A stretch of DNA of 62,745 nt, counting the filler. It is 4 parts of 4 records of this genome, joined end to end, with 100 filler letters (N's around TTAATTAATTAA, not from the genome) between each part and the next. Parts side by side here need not be neighbours in the genome. Positions count along the whole stretch, not along the records: positions 43,723 to 52,594 come from SRR20825019_2769; positions 52,695 to 62,745 come from SRR20825019_2779; 2 more parts are not named here. One strand, written 5' to 3'. Shown here in pieces: positions 49,824 to 58,053 of this stretch. The notes under the pieces were generated by a model. It saw nothing but the letters and a program-made list of their open reading frames with translations. It ran no database searches and was not told the DNA's origin. The translations under genes and the position numbers were made by a program. Position 1 is the first letter of the stretch; the number at the start of each line of letters is the position of its first letter.

Positions 49824-50954
49824 ATGAGGACCGAAGAAGACGACATCCTTCAGGCAATTGAAAAATTCTACGACGCTGGCCTGGGCCTGGGTACGTGGGA
49901 GGATGCAGTCGGCTATCTCGGCGAACTACAGCCATCAGTTGCCTTTGCTATTTACAGTCAGGATATCAAGACCGGCGGTAGTCTTGGCGCGCTCAATGCA
50001 GGTTTTGATCCACGGGCCCTTGAAGAATTTGACGCCTATTATTCCACCGTGAATGTCTGGGCCGAGGGCTTCGCGCGATCACCCCTGGGCACGCTCCTTA
50101 GCTCCGAGGAACTGTGTGCTCGCGAAGATCTGGTCAAGACCGAATTCTACAACGATTGGCTGGTCCCCCAGGACAACCTCGTCAGCGGCTGGGGCAGCCT
50201 GTTGCGCAATGATGGCGAGCGGTTCCTGGCATTGTCCTCTACAATGCCCGCGCGCGACGAGGATAGAACCGGCGACAAGCTGAAACGGCTGATTGGCGGC
50301 ATCGCGCCGCATGTCGACCGTGCCGTGCAGGTTTCGCGCATTCTTGCAGGAGGCAGCGCCAAGGGCTCGCTTCAGGTCATGGTGGACCAGATCAGTGAAG
50401 CGGCCTTCGTGCTGGATGCTGGTGGTGGCATCTGCTGCGCCAACCAGGCCGCGCGGCGGGCGCTCAGGACCAGCGGACTGTTTGCTCCGGCGACAGGCGC
50501 GCTGCACTTCAACGACGTTTTGGCGCAAACCTGGCTGGCCGCCGGACTGACCGATTTTCGGTCCGGCCTGGCGCAGCAGGCCAGCAACACCTATCCGCTC
50601 CGTTCGACCGCCGGTACCGTCGGCGAATGCGCGCTCTGGCCGCTGACCCAGGGCCGCCCACGCATGCCCGAACCGCTAGCGCAATTCAGCGACGACAGTC
50701 CCGCCGCCTTGCTGGTCCTGCGCTACAGCGCGCGGCAAAATCTGCTCGAGCTCTCGTTGCAATACCAGCTGACTGCGGCGGAAACCGAAATTGCCCAGGC
50801 CCTGTCCGAGGGCAGAACATTGCGCCAGATCGCAACCGGGCGAGGCACCAGTATTCACACCGTGCGCAACCAGACCCGCACGCTCTTCGACAAAATGGGC
50901 GTCAAGCGGCAGTCCGAACTTGTTGCAAAACTTCTGCGCAACGAGACGGGCTGA
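49824..50954 (+). CDS. LuxR-type HTH regulator with N-terminal sensory/PAS-like region
   Basis: TEFYNDWL, PHVDRAV and C-terminal LTAAETEIAQAL..G.TL..IA..RGTSIHTVRNQ..FDKMGVKRQSEL. Confidence 0.87.
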   Translation: MRTEEDDILQAIEKFYDAGLGLGTWEDAVGYLGELQPSVAFAIYSQDIKTGGSLGALNAGFDPRALEEFDAYYSTVNVWAEGFARSPLGTLLSSEELCAREDLVKTEFYNDWLVPQDNLVSGWGSLLRNDGERFLALSSTMPARDEDRTGDKLKRLIGGIAPHVDRAVQVSRILAGGSAKGSLQVMVDQISEAAFVLDAGGGICCANQAARRALRTSGLFAPATGALHFNDVLAQTWLAAGLTDFRSGLAQQASNTYPLRSTAGTVGECALWPLTQGRPRMPEPLAQFSDDSPAALLVLRYSARQNLLELSLQYQLTAAETEIAQALSEGRTLRQIATGRGTSIHTVRNQTRTLFDKMGVKRQSELVAKLLRNETG

Positions 50955-51073
50955 CACTGCCCGGCCAGTTTCAGATGTTCCAATGTAATTGATTCAATCT
51001 GCATACGTCCGCAAACACTCCCTTTACGGGCGTACTGCTAGGCTGGCCACTCAGCAATCTGGGGGCCAACAAG

Positions 51074-52594
51074 GTGGCGGGCGATACCGAACTCCTGCTC
51101 CGCGTACAGACGGAAGTCCTCGAAGCCGTCGCACGTGGCGAAGAACTGGCCGAAGTCGGCGCCATTTTGTGCCGCCGCGTCGAGAGCTGTGTGCCTGGCG
51201 TTTCCTGTTCCATCCTGCTGATCGACGAGGGCAAGGTGCATCCGCTGGCCGGCCCTAGCCTGCCGCTCACCTATTCGGCTGCCATTGATGGCGTTCCGGT
51301 CGGCCCTTGCGCCGGCTCCTGCGGCACGGCCGCCTGGCGCGGAGAACCTGTGCTGGTCACTGACATCGAGACCGATCCGCTCTGGGCCGATTTCAAGGCG
51401 CTGGCCCTGCCCTTGGGCCTGCAGGCGTGCTGGTCTAGCCCCATTCACAACAGCGACGGCCAGGTGGTGGCCACCTTCGCCTTTTACTACGATACCAAGC
51501 GCGGCCCGTCCGATTTCGAGCGCGATGTGGTTGCCACCTGCCTGCATCTTTGCGCACTGGCAATCGAACATGAACGTGTTCGCGCCAATAATCATCGCCT
51601 GGCCTATTTCGACGTGCTGACCGGCCTGCCCAATCGGGGGCATTTCAACGCTGCGCTGGCCGAGCGCATTGTCATGGGCCGGCCATTCGGGCTGATCCTG
51701 CTCGATATCGATCATCTCAAGCTGGTCAATGACAGTATCGGCCATGCCGCTGGTGATGCGCTCATCCGCGCCATTGCCGGCCGCCTGCGCCAATGTGGTC
51801 CAGACATTCTGCCCTGTCGCCAGGGTGGCGACGAGATCGCCATGCTCGTCTCCGATTGCGCCGACCATGCCAGCCTCGAGGCCGCCGCCGTCCGCGTGCT
51901 TTCCGCCGCGTCCGGCATGGTCGAGGTGGGTGATCAGACCATTGATGCCCATGTGACGCTGGGCGGCGCCCTGTTCGGCGTCGATGGCGCCGATTCCGAT
52001 ACCCTGTGCCAGAACGCGGATTTCGCCCTGTATCAGGCCAAGCAGACCCATCGCGGCGGCTATGTCGGCTTCCGCCCGGATCTGCGCACCGACATGGTCG
52101 AACGGATCGCCACGGTGCGCCAGCTTGGCTCTGCCCTGAACGAAGGCCGGCTGATCGCCCACTACCAGCCCATTGTGCGGCTCGAAACCGCTGAAATCGT
52201 TGGTCTGGAAGCGCTCGCTCGCCTCGTCATGCCGGATGGCACCGTCATCTCCGCCGGGGCGTTCCAGAGCGGGCTCGAGGATCCGCGCATCGCATATGAA
52301 CTAACCGGCACGATGCTCGAACACGTCGCGCGCGACATCCGTACCTGGCTCGACGCAGGCATTCCGTTTCAACATGTGGGGGTCAACGTCACCACGGGCG
52401 ACTTCCAGCGCGGCGACCTGGCCGACCGGGTCCAGGACATCTTTGCCCGAAAGAACGTGTCGCTCAGCCATGTCGTGCTCGAGGTCAATGAATCGGTCTT
52501 CATGGGCGACAGTGATCAGACGGTGCCCCGGGCCGTCGAAGCCCTGCGCGATCTCGGGCTCCTCGTGGCGCTGGATGACTTCGGCACCGGCTAT
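51074..52594 (+). CDS. GAF-GGDEF-EAL protein, 3'-truncated
   Basis: GAF (GSCGTAAW, ACWSSPI), DVLTGLPNR, GGDEI, EALAR and DDFGTGY at the contig end. Confidence 0.9.
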
Positions 52595-52694
52595 NNNNNN
52601 NNNNNNNNNNNNNNNNNNNNNNNNNNNNNNNNNNNNNNTTAATTAATTAANNNNNNNNNNNNNNNNNNNNNNNNNNNNNNNNNNNNNNNNNNNN
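52595..52694. other. Artificial contig linker
   Basis: 100-nt N run with a central TTAATTAATTAA. Confidence 0.98.
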
Positions 52695-52695
52695 G

Positions 52696-52941
52696 CGCAA
52701 GGCGATCTGGAAGAAGGGCGAAACCTCCGGCAATCTTCAGCGTGTCGAGGCGGTGCTGGCCGATTGCGACCAGGACGCGGTCCTCCTCAAGGTGACGATG
52801 TCCGGCCACGCCGCCGCCTGTCACACCGGCCGCCGCTCCTGCTTCTACCGCGCCGCCTCGATCGAGGGCGGCAAGGCCGTGCTGACCAGCATCGACGATG
52901 ACAGGGCCTTCGATCCGACGGAGGTCTACGGCGGAAAATAG
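52696..52941 (+). CDS. hisI: Phosphoribosyl-AMP cyclohydrolase, C-terminal part
   Basis: [18 protein letters not shown] and [11 protein letters not shown]. Confidence 0.93.
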   Translation, partial: RKAIWKKGETSGNLQRVEAVLADCDQDAVLLKVTMSGHAAACHTGRRSCFYRAASIEGGKAVLTSIDDDRAFDPTEVYGGK

Positions 52942-52977
52942 CGGACGGAGACCCCTCCCGCGCCTTCCGCGCCCCGT

Positions 52978-53412
52978 TCAGCCGGCGATATAGGACTTGA
53001 TGTGCTCGGCTTCCTGCTCGACCTCGCGGATGCGGGATTTGACGACGTCGCCGATCGAGATGATCCCGGCGAGACGGCCGTCGACCTCGACGGGCACGTG
53101 GCGGAAATGGCGCTTGGTCATCACCTGCATCAATTCGTTGACGCTGACGCCCTCGTCGCAGCGATAGACGTTTTCGGTCATCGCCTCCGAGACCGGATGG
53201 GACAGGCACCCTGCGCCGTGCTTGCCGATCGAGCCGACCAGGTCGCGTTCGGTGAAAATGCCGGCAATGCTGTCATTCTTGCCGACGATCACCACGGCCC
53301 CGATCCGGTTTTGATGCAGGATCATCGCGATTTCCGAAATCGACGCATCGGCCTTCGCGGTTACGACCGCGCGCCCTTTCTCGGCAAGTATCATTCTCAC
53401 GGTAATGGACAT
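52978..53412 (-). CDS. CBS domain pair protein
   Basis: IGAVVIV..GIFTERD and RHVPVEVDGRLAGIISIGDVVK; start at ATG 53412 with a GAGGAGG SD. Confidence 0.9.
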   Translation of the reverse strand: MSITVRMILAEKGRAVVTAKADASISEIAMILHQNRIGAVVIVGKNDSIAGIFTERDLVGSIGKHGAGCLSHPVSEAMTENVYRCDEGVSVNELMQVMTKRHFRHVPVEVDGRLAGIISIGDVVKSRIREVEQEAEHIKSYIAG

Positions 53413-53518
53413 CGAAACCTCCTCGTTCACGGTGCCGGCGCGGGTCCGCCTCCGGTCGGTCACGCAAAATCGAATGGTGCATGAGGTTTTGGACGATTGC
53501 AAGAAAACCGTGATCGGC

Positions 53519-54250
53519 TCAGAAAAACAGGGTCCGGGGCACCTTGACGTCGAACAGCGGGAAAGCGAGGAAACCGAAGAGAAAACCGCCGATATGGGCC
53601 TGCCAGGCGATTTCTCCGGCGCTGACCCCGATAAAGCTGACGCCGACGGCGATCAACAGATTGCCGACCAGCCAGACGAGCACGAAGGCGCGGGCGGTGC
53701 GATCGCGAAACACATCGACAATCGCAAGTCGCGGCCCGAGATGGGCCTGGGGCAGAAACCGGCCGCCGGCGAACACGAAGCGGCAGGCCGCCCCCATATA
53801 GGCCGACACCACGCCGGAAGCGCCGATCAGCACCGTGACCGCGCCCCAGTCCGTGGCCGCAAAGAAAAACGCCGAGGCAGCGGCGCTCGTGACCCACAGG
53901 ACCACAAACCGCACGGCGCCGATGCGCCGGGCGACCGGCGCGCCGAAGATCGCGAGCCAGATGCTGTTGAACACGATATGGGTCCAGCCGCCATGAAGCA
54001 GCGAATAGGTGAGCGGCGACCAGAGCCATGCCCAGCCCTGACCCGCAAGGCCATGGGCATAACGCACTGGCAGGAACCCGAATTCCTGCCAGATCATCAC
54101 ATTGGTGCGATAGCCGAGCAGAAATTCCTGCACCAGGAAGACCGCGAACAGCACGGCCAGCGCGCCGATCACCACCGGCGGCAGGTTGATGGCCGGTTCC
54201 CGACGCCGGCCGTGTTCCGGCCAGCCGTCGCCCGTACGCGGTGTTTCCAT
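53519..54250 (-). CDS. Rhomboid family intramembrane serine protease
   Basis: HGGWTHIVFN, GASG and AHIGG. Confidence 0.93.
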   Translation of the reverse strand: METPRTGDGWPEHGRRREPAINLPPVVIGALAVLFAVFLVQEFLLGYRTNVMIWQEFGFLPVRYAHGLAGQGWAWLWSPLTYSLLHGGWTHIVFNSIWLAIFGAPVARRIGAVRFVVLWVTSAAASAFFFAATDWGAVTVLIGASGVVSAYMGAACRFVFAGGRFLPQAHLGPRLAIVDVFRDRTARAFVLVWLVGNLLIAVGVSFIGVSAGEIAWQAHIGGFLFGFLAFPLFDVKVPRTLFF

Positions 54251-54372
54251 GATCGCACTCCTGTTTGCGGTGTGATATCCGATCGACCGGGACTTGGAAA
54301 GCGGCGGCGGGCCGGTGCCCGCGCTTTACATATGCGCATATCTTGAAATAAACCTGCCGGAACGGAGCGGGC

Positions 54373-54388
54373 TTAATGTGATATTAAC
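54373..54388 (+). promoter_or_regulatory. CtrA binding site
   Basis: TTAA-TGTGATA-TTAAC is an exact match to TTAA-N7-TTAAC, between the divergent rhomboid and DD-carboxypeptidase genes. Confidence 0.7.
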
Positions 54389-54501
54389 CCCGATTTGCGC
54401 ACACTACACAACAGCCTAGCAATGTGCTTTCCGGACCGGTATCATCCGGTCACGGAACCGCCAGCAAACATCAACAGCCAGATTTCGCAAGAGTTTTTCG
54501 C

Positions 54502-55956
54502 ATGCAGAGACAGGCAACAAGCCGATTCCCCAAGAGCCGGTTTTCAGCGGCCGCGATCCTTCTCGCGGCCTTCACGATTCTGCTGACCGGGCTTGCCCCC
54601 GCACGCGCCGATACCAACGATGCCGCGATCGTCATCGACGTCAATACCGGCAAGGTGCTTTACGGTGAGAGCCCCGATGCACCGCGCTATCCGGCCTCGC
54701 TGACCAAGATGATGACGCTCTATCTCACCTTCGAGGCATTGGACGACGGCCGCATTACGCTCAACAGCAAGGTGCCGTTCTCCAAGAATGCAGCCGCTGA
54801 GCCGCCGACCAAGCTCGGCATTCCCGCCGGTGGGTCGGTTACCGTCGAGACCGCGATCTATTCGCTGGTGACCCGGTCGGCGAATGACGTTGCGACCGCG
54901 CTCGGCGAATTCCTCGGCGGCTCGGAAACCAATTTCACCACGATGATGACCAACAAGGCGCATTCGCTGGGCATGACCAACACGACCTACCGCAATGCCC
55001 ACGGTCTGCCGAACAGCGCCCAGAAGACCACGGCGCGCGACCAGGCTCGCCTCGGCATCGCATTGCGTCAGCATTTTCCGCAGTATTACAAATATTTCGG
55101 CACCCGCAGCTTCAAATACGGCAAGACGACGATCGGCAACCACAACCATCTTCTCGGCCAGATCAAGGGCGTCGACGGCATCAAGACCGGTTACACCAAC
55201 GCTTCCGGCTTCAACATCGCGACCTCCGCCATTTCCGGCAACCGCTCGATCGTTGCCGTGGTCATGGGCGGCTCCACGGCCGCCAACCGCGACAAGTGGG
55301 CGACCCGGTTGATCACCACCTACCTGCCCAAGGCCTCCAACGGCCGCAAGCAGTTCGTGATCGCCCGTTCGAAGAGCAGCGGCGGCCCGATTATCGCAGC
55401 CGCCATGGTGTTCCCGAAGACCGGCCCAATCCCCTATCCGCGGCCGGCAGGCCAGACCGGCGGCGTCGCGCTCGCCTACGCCAATGACAATGTCGCCCCC
55501 GTAGCCCTTTCCGGCCCGCAGGCCGAACTGATCGCCAATGTACCGGTTCCGAGCGCACGCATGGAGCCCGGCACCGAAGACGGCCTGAGCGTCGAGGATA
55601 TTCTCGAAACCGCCGACGGCGTCGCCGACGCGGTGGGAAACGCGATCGTCCCCGCCGCTGAGGCTTCCGAGCCCGACACGTCGATCAAGACCAGTTCGAT
55701 CCGCTCGTCGCGCGGCTGGGTGGTTCAGGTCGGCACCGCCGCCACCCCCGAAGCCGCCAGGGCGTTGCTCGACGATACCAAGGGCAAGGCCGGCGGCGCG
55801 CTCGACCGTTCCGAGCCCTTCGCGCTCGCCTACAATACCGGCGGCCAGCCCGTCTATCGCGCCCGCTTCGGCGGCTTCTCCGATCAGGAAGAAGCCGTGC
55901 GCGCCTGCCGCACGCTGAAGCAGAATGGCGTAAGCTGCTGGGCAAGCCTACAGTAG
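54502..55956 (+). CDS. D-alanyl-D-alanine carboxypeptidase (S11) with C-terminal SPOR domain
   Basis: PASLTK (SxxK), SAN (SxN), KTG and C-terminal WVVQVG...YRARFGGF..A..AC..LK..G..C. Confidence 0.92.
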   Translation: MQRQATSRFPKSRFSAAAILLAAFTILLTGLAPARADTNDAAIVIDVNTGKVLYGESPDAPRYPASLTKMMTLYLTFEALDDGRITLNSKVPFSKNAAAEPPTKLGIPAGGSVTVETAIYSLVTRSANDVATALGEFLGGSETNFTTMMTNKAHSLGMTNTTYRNAHGLPNSAQKTTARDQARLGIALRQHFPQYYKYFGTRSFKYGKTTIGNHNHLLGQIKGVDGIKTGYTNASGFNIATSAISGNRSIVAVVMGGSTAANRDKWATRLITTYLPKASNGRKQFVIARSKSSGGPIIAAAMVFPKTGPIPYPRPAGQTGGVALAYANDNVAPVALSGPQAELIANVPVPSARMEPGTEDGLSVEDILETADGVADAVGNAIVPAAEASEPDTSIKTSSIRSSRGWVVQVGTAATPEAARALLDDTKGKAGGALDRSEPFALAYNTGGQPVYRARFGGFSDQEEAVRACRTLKQNGVSCWASLQ

Positions 55957-56180
55957 AAGCTCTATGAATTGACGGCTCATATCGCTGTCAACGACAATAA
56001 AGCGCCGGCCCCGATAACGGGTCGGCGTTTGTCGTAAAGGCTTTCGAAAGGTTTCCGCCTTATTCTCAAGAGTAAGGTTTTGGAAAGCAAGAACAGCGAA
56101 AGTTCGAAGAGCCGCACCTCGCCTCCACGCGTTCCAGGCCCGCCAGTAAATCCTTGAGTGTCTTGCGTATGAGGATACAC

Positions 56181-56447
56181 GTGACCAGGAAACAGCGTTT
56201 CAAAATGATGTCAGGCCAATCATCCCTCTCCATCGATCCTCGTAGCGGCTTCAACCCGCTGCAGGAAGCCGCCCAGAAGCTCGCCGACTATGCCCGGTTC
56301 CAGGGGCGCTACAAGGCCCGCGACCTCGTCGGCCTGCTGTCCAGCCAGAGCGAGCGCGCGACCCGCGCGATCGAACCCGCCGTGAAAATCCATATCTATA
56401 TCGCGGACGCCGCCGGCCGTGCGCCGGTCAATCTCAAGCTGCGATAA
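56181..56447 (+). CDS. Small hypothetical protein
   Basis: GAGG SD 6 nt before GTG 56181, host-like GC3 codon usage, followed by a terminator. Confidence 0.55.
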   Translation: MTRKQRFKMMSGQSSLSIDPRSGFNPLQEAAQKLADYARFQGRYKARDLVGLLSSQSERATRAIEPAVKIHIYIADAAGRAPVNLKLR

Positions 56448-56456
56448 GCGAAATAC

Positions 56457-56531
56457 AAAAAAAGGCCACGCAAAGCGCGGCCTTTTCTCATGACGTGCGA
56501 AAACGGAAAAGGCGGCCCGAGGGCCGCCTTT
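56457..56531. terminator. Two tandem intrinsic terminator hairpins between convergent genes
   Basis: AAAAGGCC..GGCCTTTT (56460-56486) and AAAGGCGGCCC-GA-GGGCCGCCTTT (56508-56531). Confidence 0.75.
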
Positions 56532-56536
56532 CGCCG

Positions 56537-57187
56537 TTACATCTTGACGGCGGAGATCTGAACCTCGACGCGGCGGTTCTGGGCACGGCCTTCCGGCGTC
56601 GCATTGGAGGCGATCGGGTTGGAAGGACCGAAACCGACGGCGGAAATCCGGTTGCCGCCAACGCCGCTCTGGATCAGGTAGTTCGCAACGCTGTTGGCGC
56701 GTTCCTGAGAGAGCCGCTGGTTGTATTCGAGCGCGCCGGTGGAATCGGTATAACCGTTCACGTTGACCGCGGTCTTGTCATATTTGCGCAGCACCGTCGT
56801 AACGGCGTTCAGCGTCGAATAGAAATTCGGCAGGATCGTGTACTGATCGGTCGGGAAGGTGACGTTGCCCGGCATGACCAGCGTCAGCATGTCGCCATTG
56901 CGGACCACGGAAACGCCGGTGCCCGCGAGCGCCTGACGGAATTCCCGTTCCTGGCTGTCCATGTAGGCGCCGATGCCGCCGCCGGCAAGCGCGCCGATGG
57001 CGCCGCCGATCGCAGCCCCCTTGGCGTCGCCGCCCACGGCAAGACCCGCCAGCGCGCCGAGCGCGCCGCCGGCAAGAGCGCCGGTACCGGTGTTGTTGTT
57101 GACGGTCTGGCCCGAATACGGATCGGTGGTCGTGCAGCCGGCGAGAAAGGCAAGGCCCGCCGCCGCAATGGTGATTTTCTTCAGCAT
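56537..57187 (-). CDS. yiaD: OmpA-family lipoprotein with glycine zipper (YiaD-like)
   Basis: Lipobox LAGC, GALAGG/GAAIGG zipper, GYTDSTG, NQRLSQERA and NRRVE. Confidence 0.88.
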   Translation of the reverse strand: MLKKITIAAAGLAFLAGCTTTDPYSGQTVNNNTGTGALAGGALGALAGLAVGGDAKGAAIGGAIGALAGGGIGAYMDSQEREFRQALAGTGVSVVRNGDMLTLVMPGNVTFPTDQYTILPNFYSTLNAVTTVLRKYDKTAVNVNGYTDSTGALEYNQRLSQERANSVANYLIQSGVGGNRISAVGFGPSNPIASNATPEGRAQNRRVEVQISAVKM

Positions 57188-57320
57188 GGTGTCCCTCAAC
57201 ATTGAAAGCTTCGCCAACCTTGAAGCCGTTCATTTGCGGCAATCATATGGCGTTCGTGTGCGGCTCGATGGGGTGAAACCCGAAAACAGCCGCACACATC
57301 GTAAAGTTAACGCGCTGGCC

Positions 57321-57917
57321 TCAATTGGCCATAGGCGCTGCGGCAACCGGCGCCGCGCCCGCGGCAGCCGGAGGCGCGATCCGGATTTCGACCCGGCGGT
57401 TCTTGGCGCGGCCATCGGCGGTATCGTTGCTTGCGACCGGGTCGGCCTTGCCGTAGCCCACCGGCAGAACGCGCTGCGGGCTGACGCCGCGCTGGATAAT
57501 GGCGCCGGCGACCGCGTTGGCGCGCTGCTGCGACAGTTTCAGGTTATAGGCATCCGAGCCGGTGGAATCGGTATAGCCGTTCACGTCGATATCTGTGGCG
57601 CTGTACTTGCGCAGCAGCGCGGCGATGGTGTCGAGTGCCGGAACGAATTCGGGAACGATATCGTATTTGTCGGTCTCGAAGGTGATCGAGGACGGGAAGA
57701 CCAGAGCAATGTATTTCGGCGTGCGAATGATCGTGACCCCGGTATCCTTGAGCTGATCGCGGAAGGCCTGTTCCTGGCTATCCATGTAAGCGCCCGGATC
57801 GGAAACGGAAATATTCGTCACCGACACCTCCTGCGGCGCGACGTCCTCGCTGCTGGTCGATGCGCATCCGGCAAGCAGCAGCATGCCCGAAAGAGCGATT
57901 GCGATGGTCCTGATCAT
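57321..57917 (-). CDS. OmpA-family lipoprotein paralog lacking the glycine zipper
   Basis: Lipobox LAGC, GAYMDSQEQAFR, GYTDSTG and NRRVEI; start at ATG 57917. Confidence 0.88.
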   Translation of the reverse strand: MIRTIAIALSGMLLLAGCASTSSEDVAPQEVSVTNISVSDPGAYMDSQEQAFRDQLKDTGVTIIRTPKYIALVFPSSITFETDKYDIVPEFVPALDTIAALLRKYSATDIDVNGYTDSTGSDAYNLKLSQQRANAVAGAIIQRGVSPQRVLPVGYGKADPVASNDTADGRAKNRRVEIRIAPPAAAGAAPVAAAPMAN

Positions 57918-58053
57918 GGTGTTCCCCTCTGTTCTCGAAATACCGGCCGTTCCGGCCAGCCTCCATATCAATAGCATGGCGGATGATTCCGCAAGTTGTG
58001 CCTGACGATTTCGGTCCATGGTCAGGCGGTACGGCACGCATGGAGGGGCCTTT

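Noticed and set aside
43780-52594. Prophage or integrative element at tRNA-Phe
   Set aside because: No integrase, transposase, phage gene or att direct repeat is visible on the contig.
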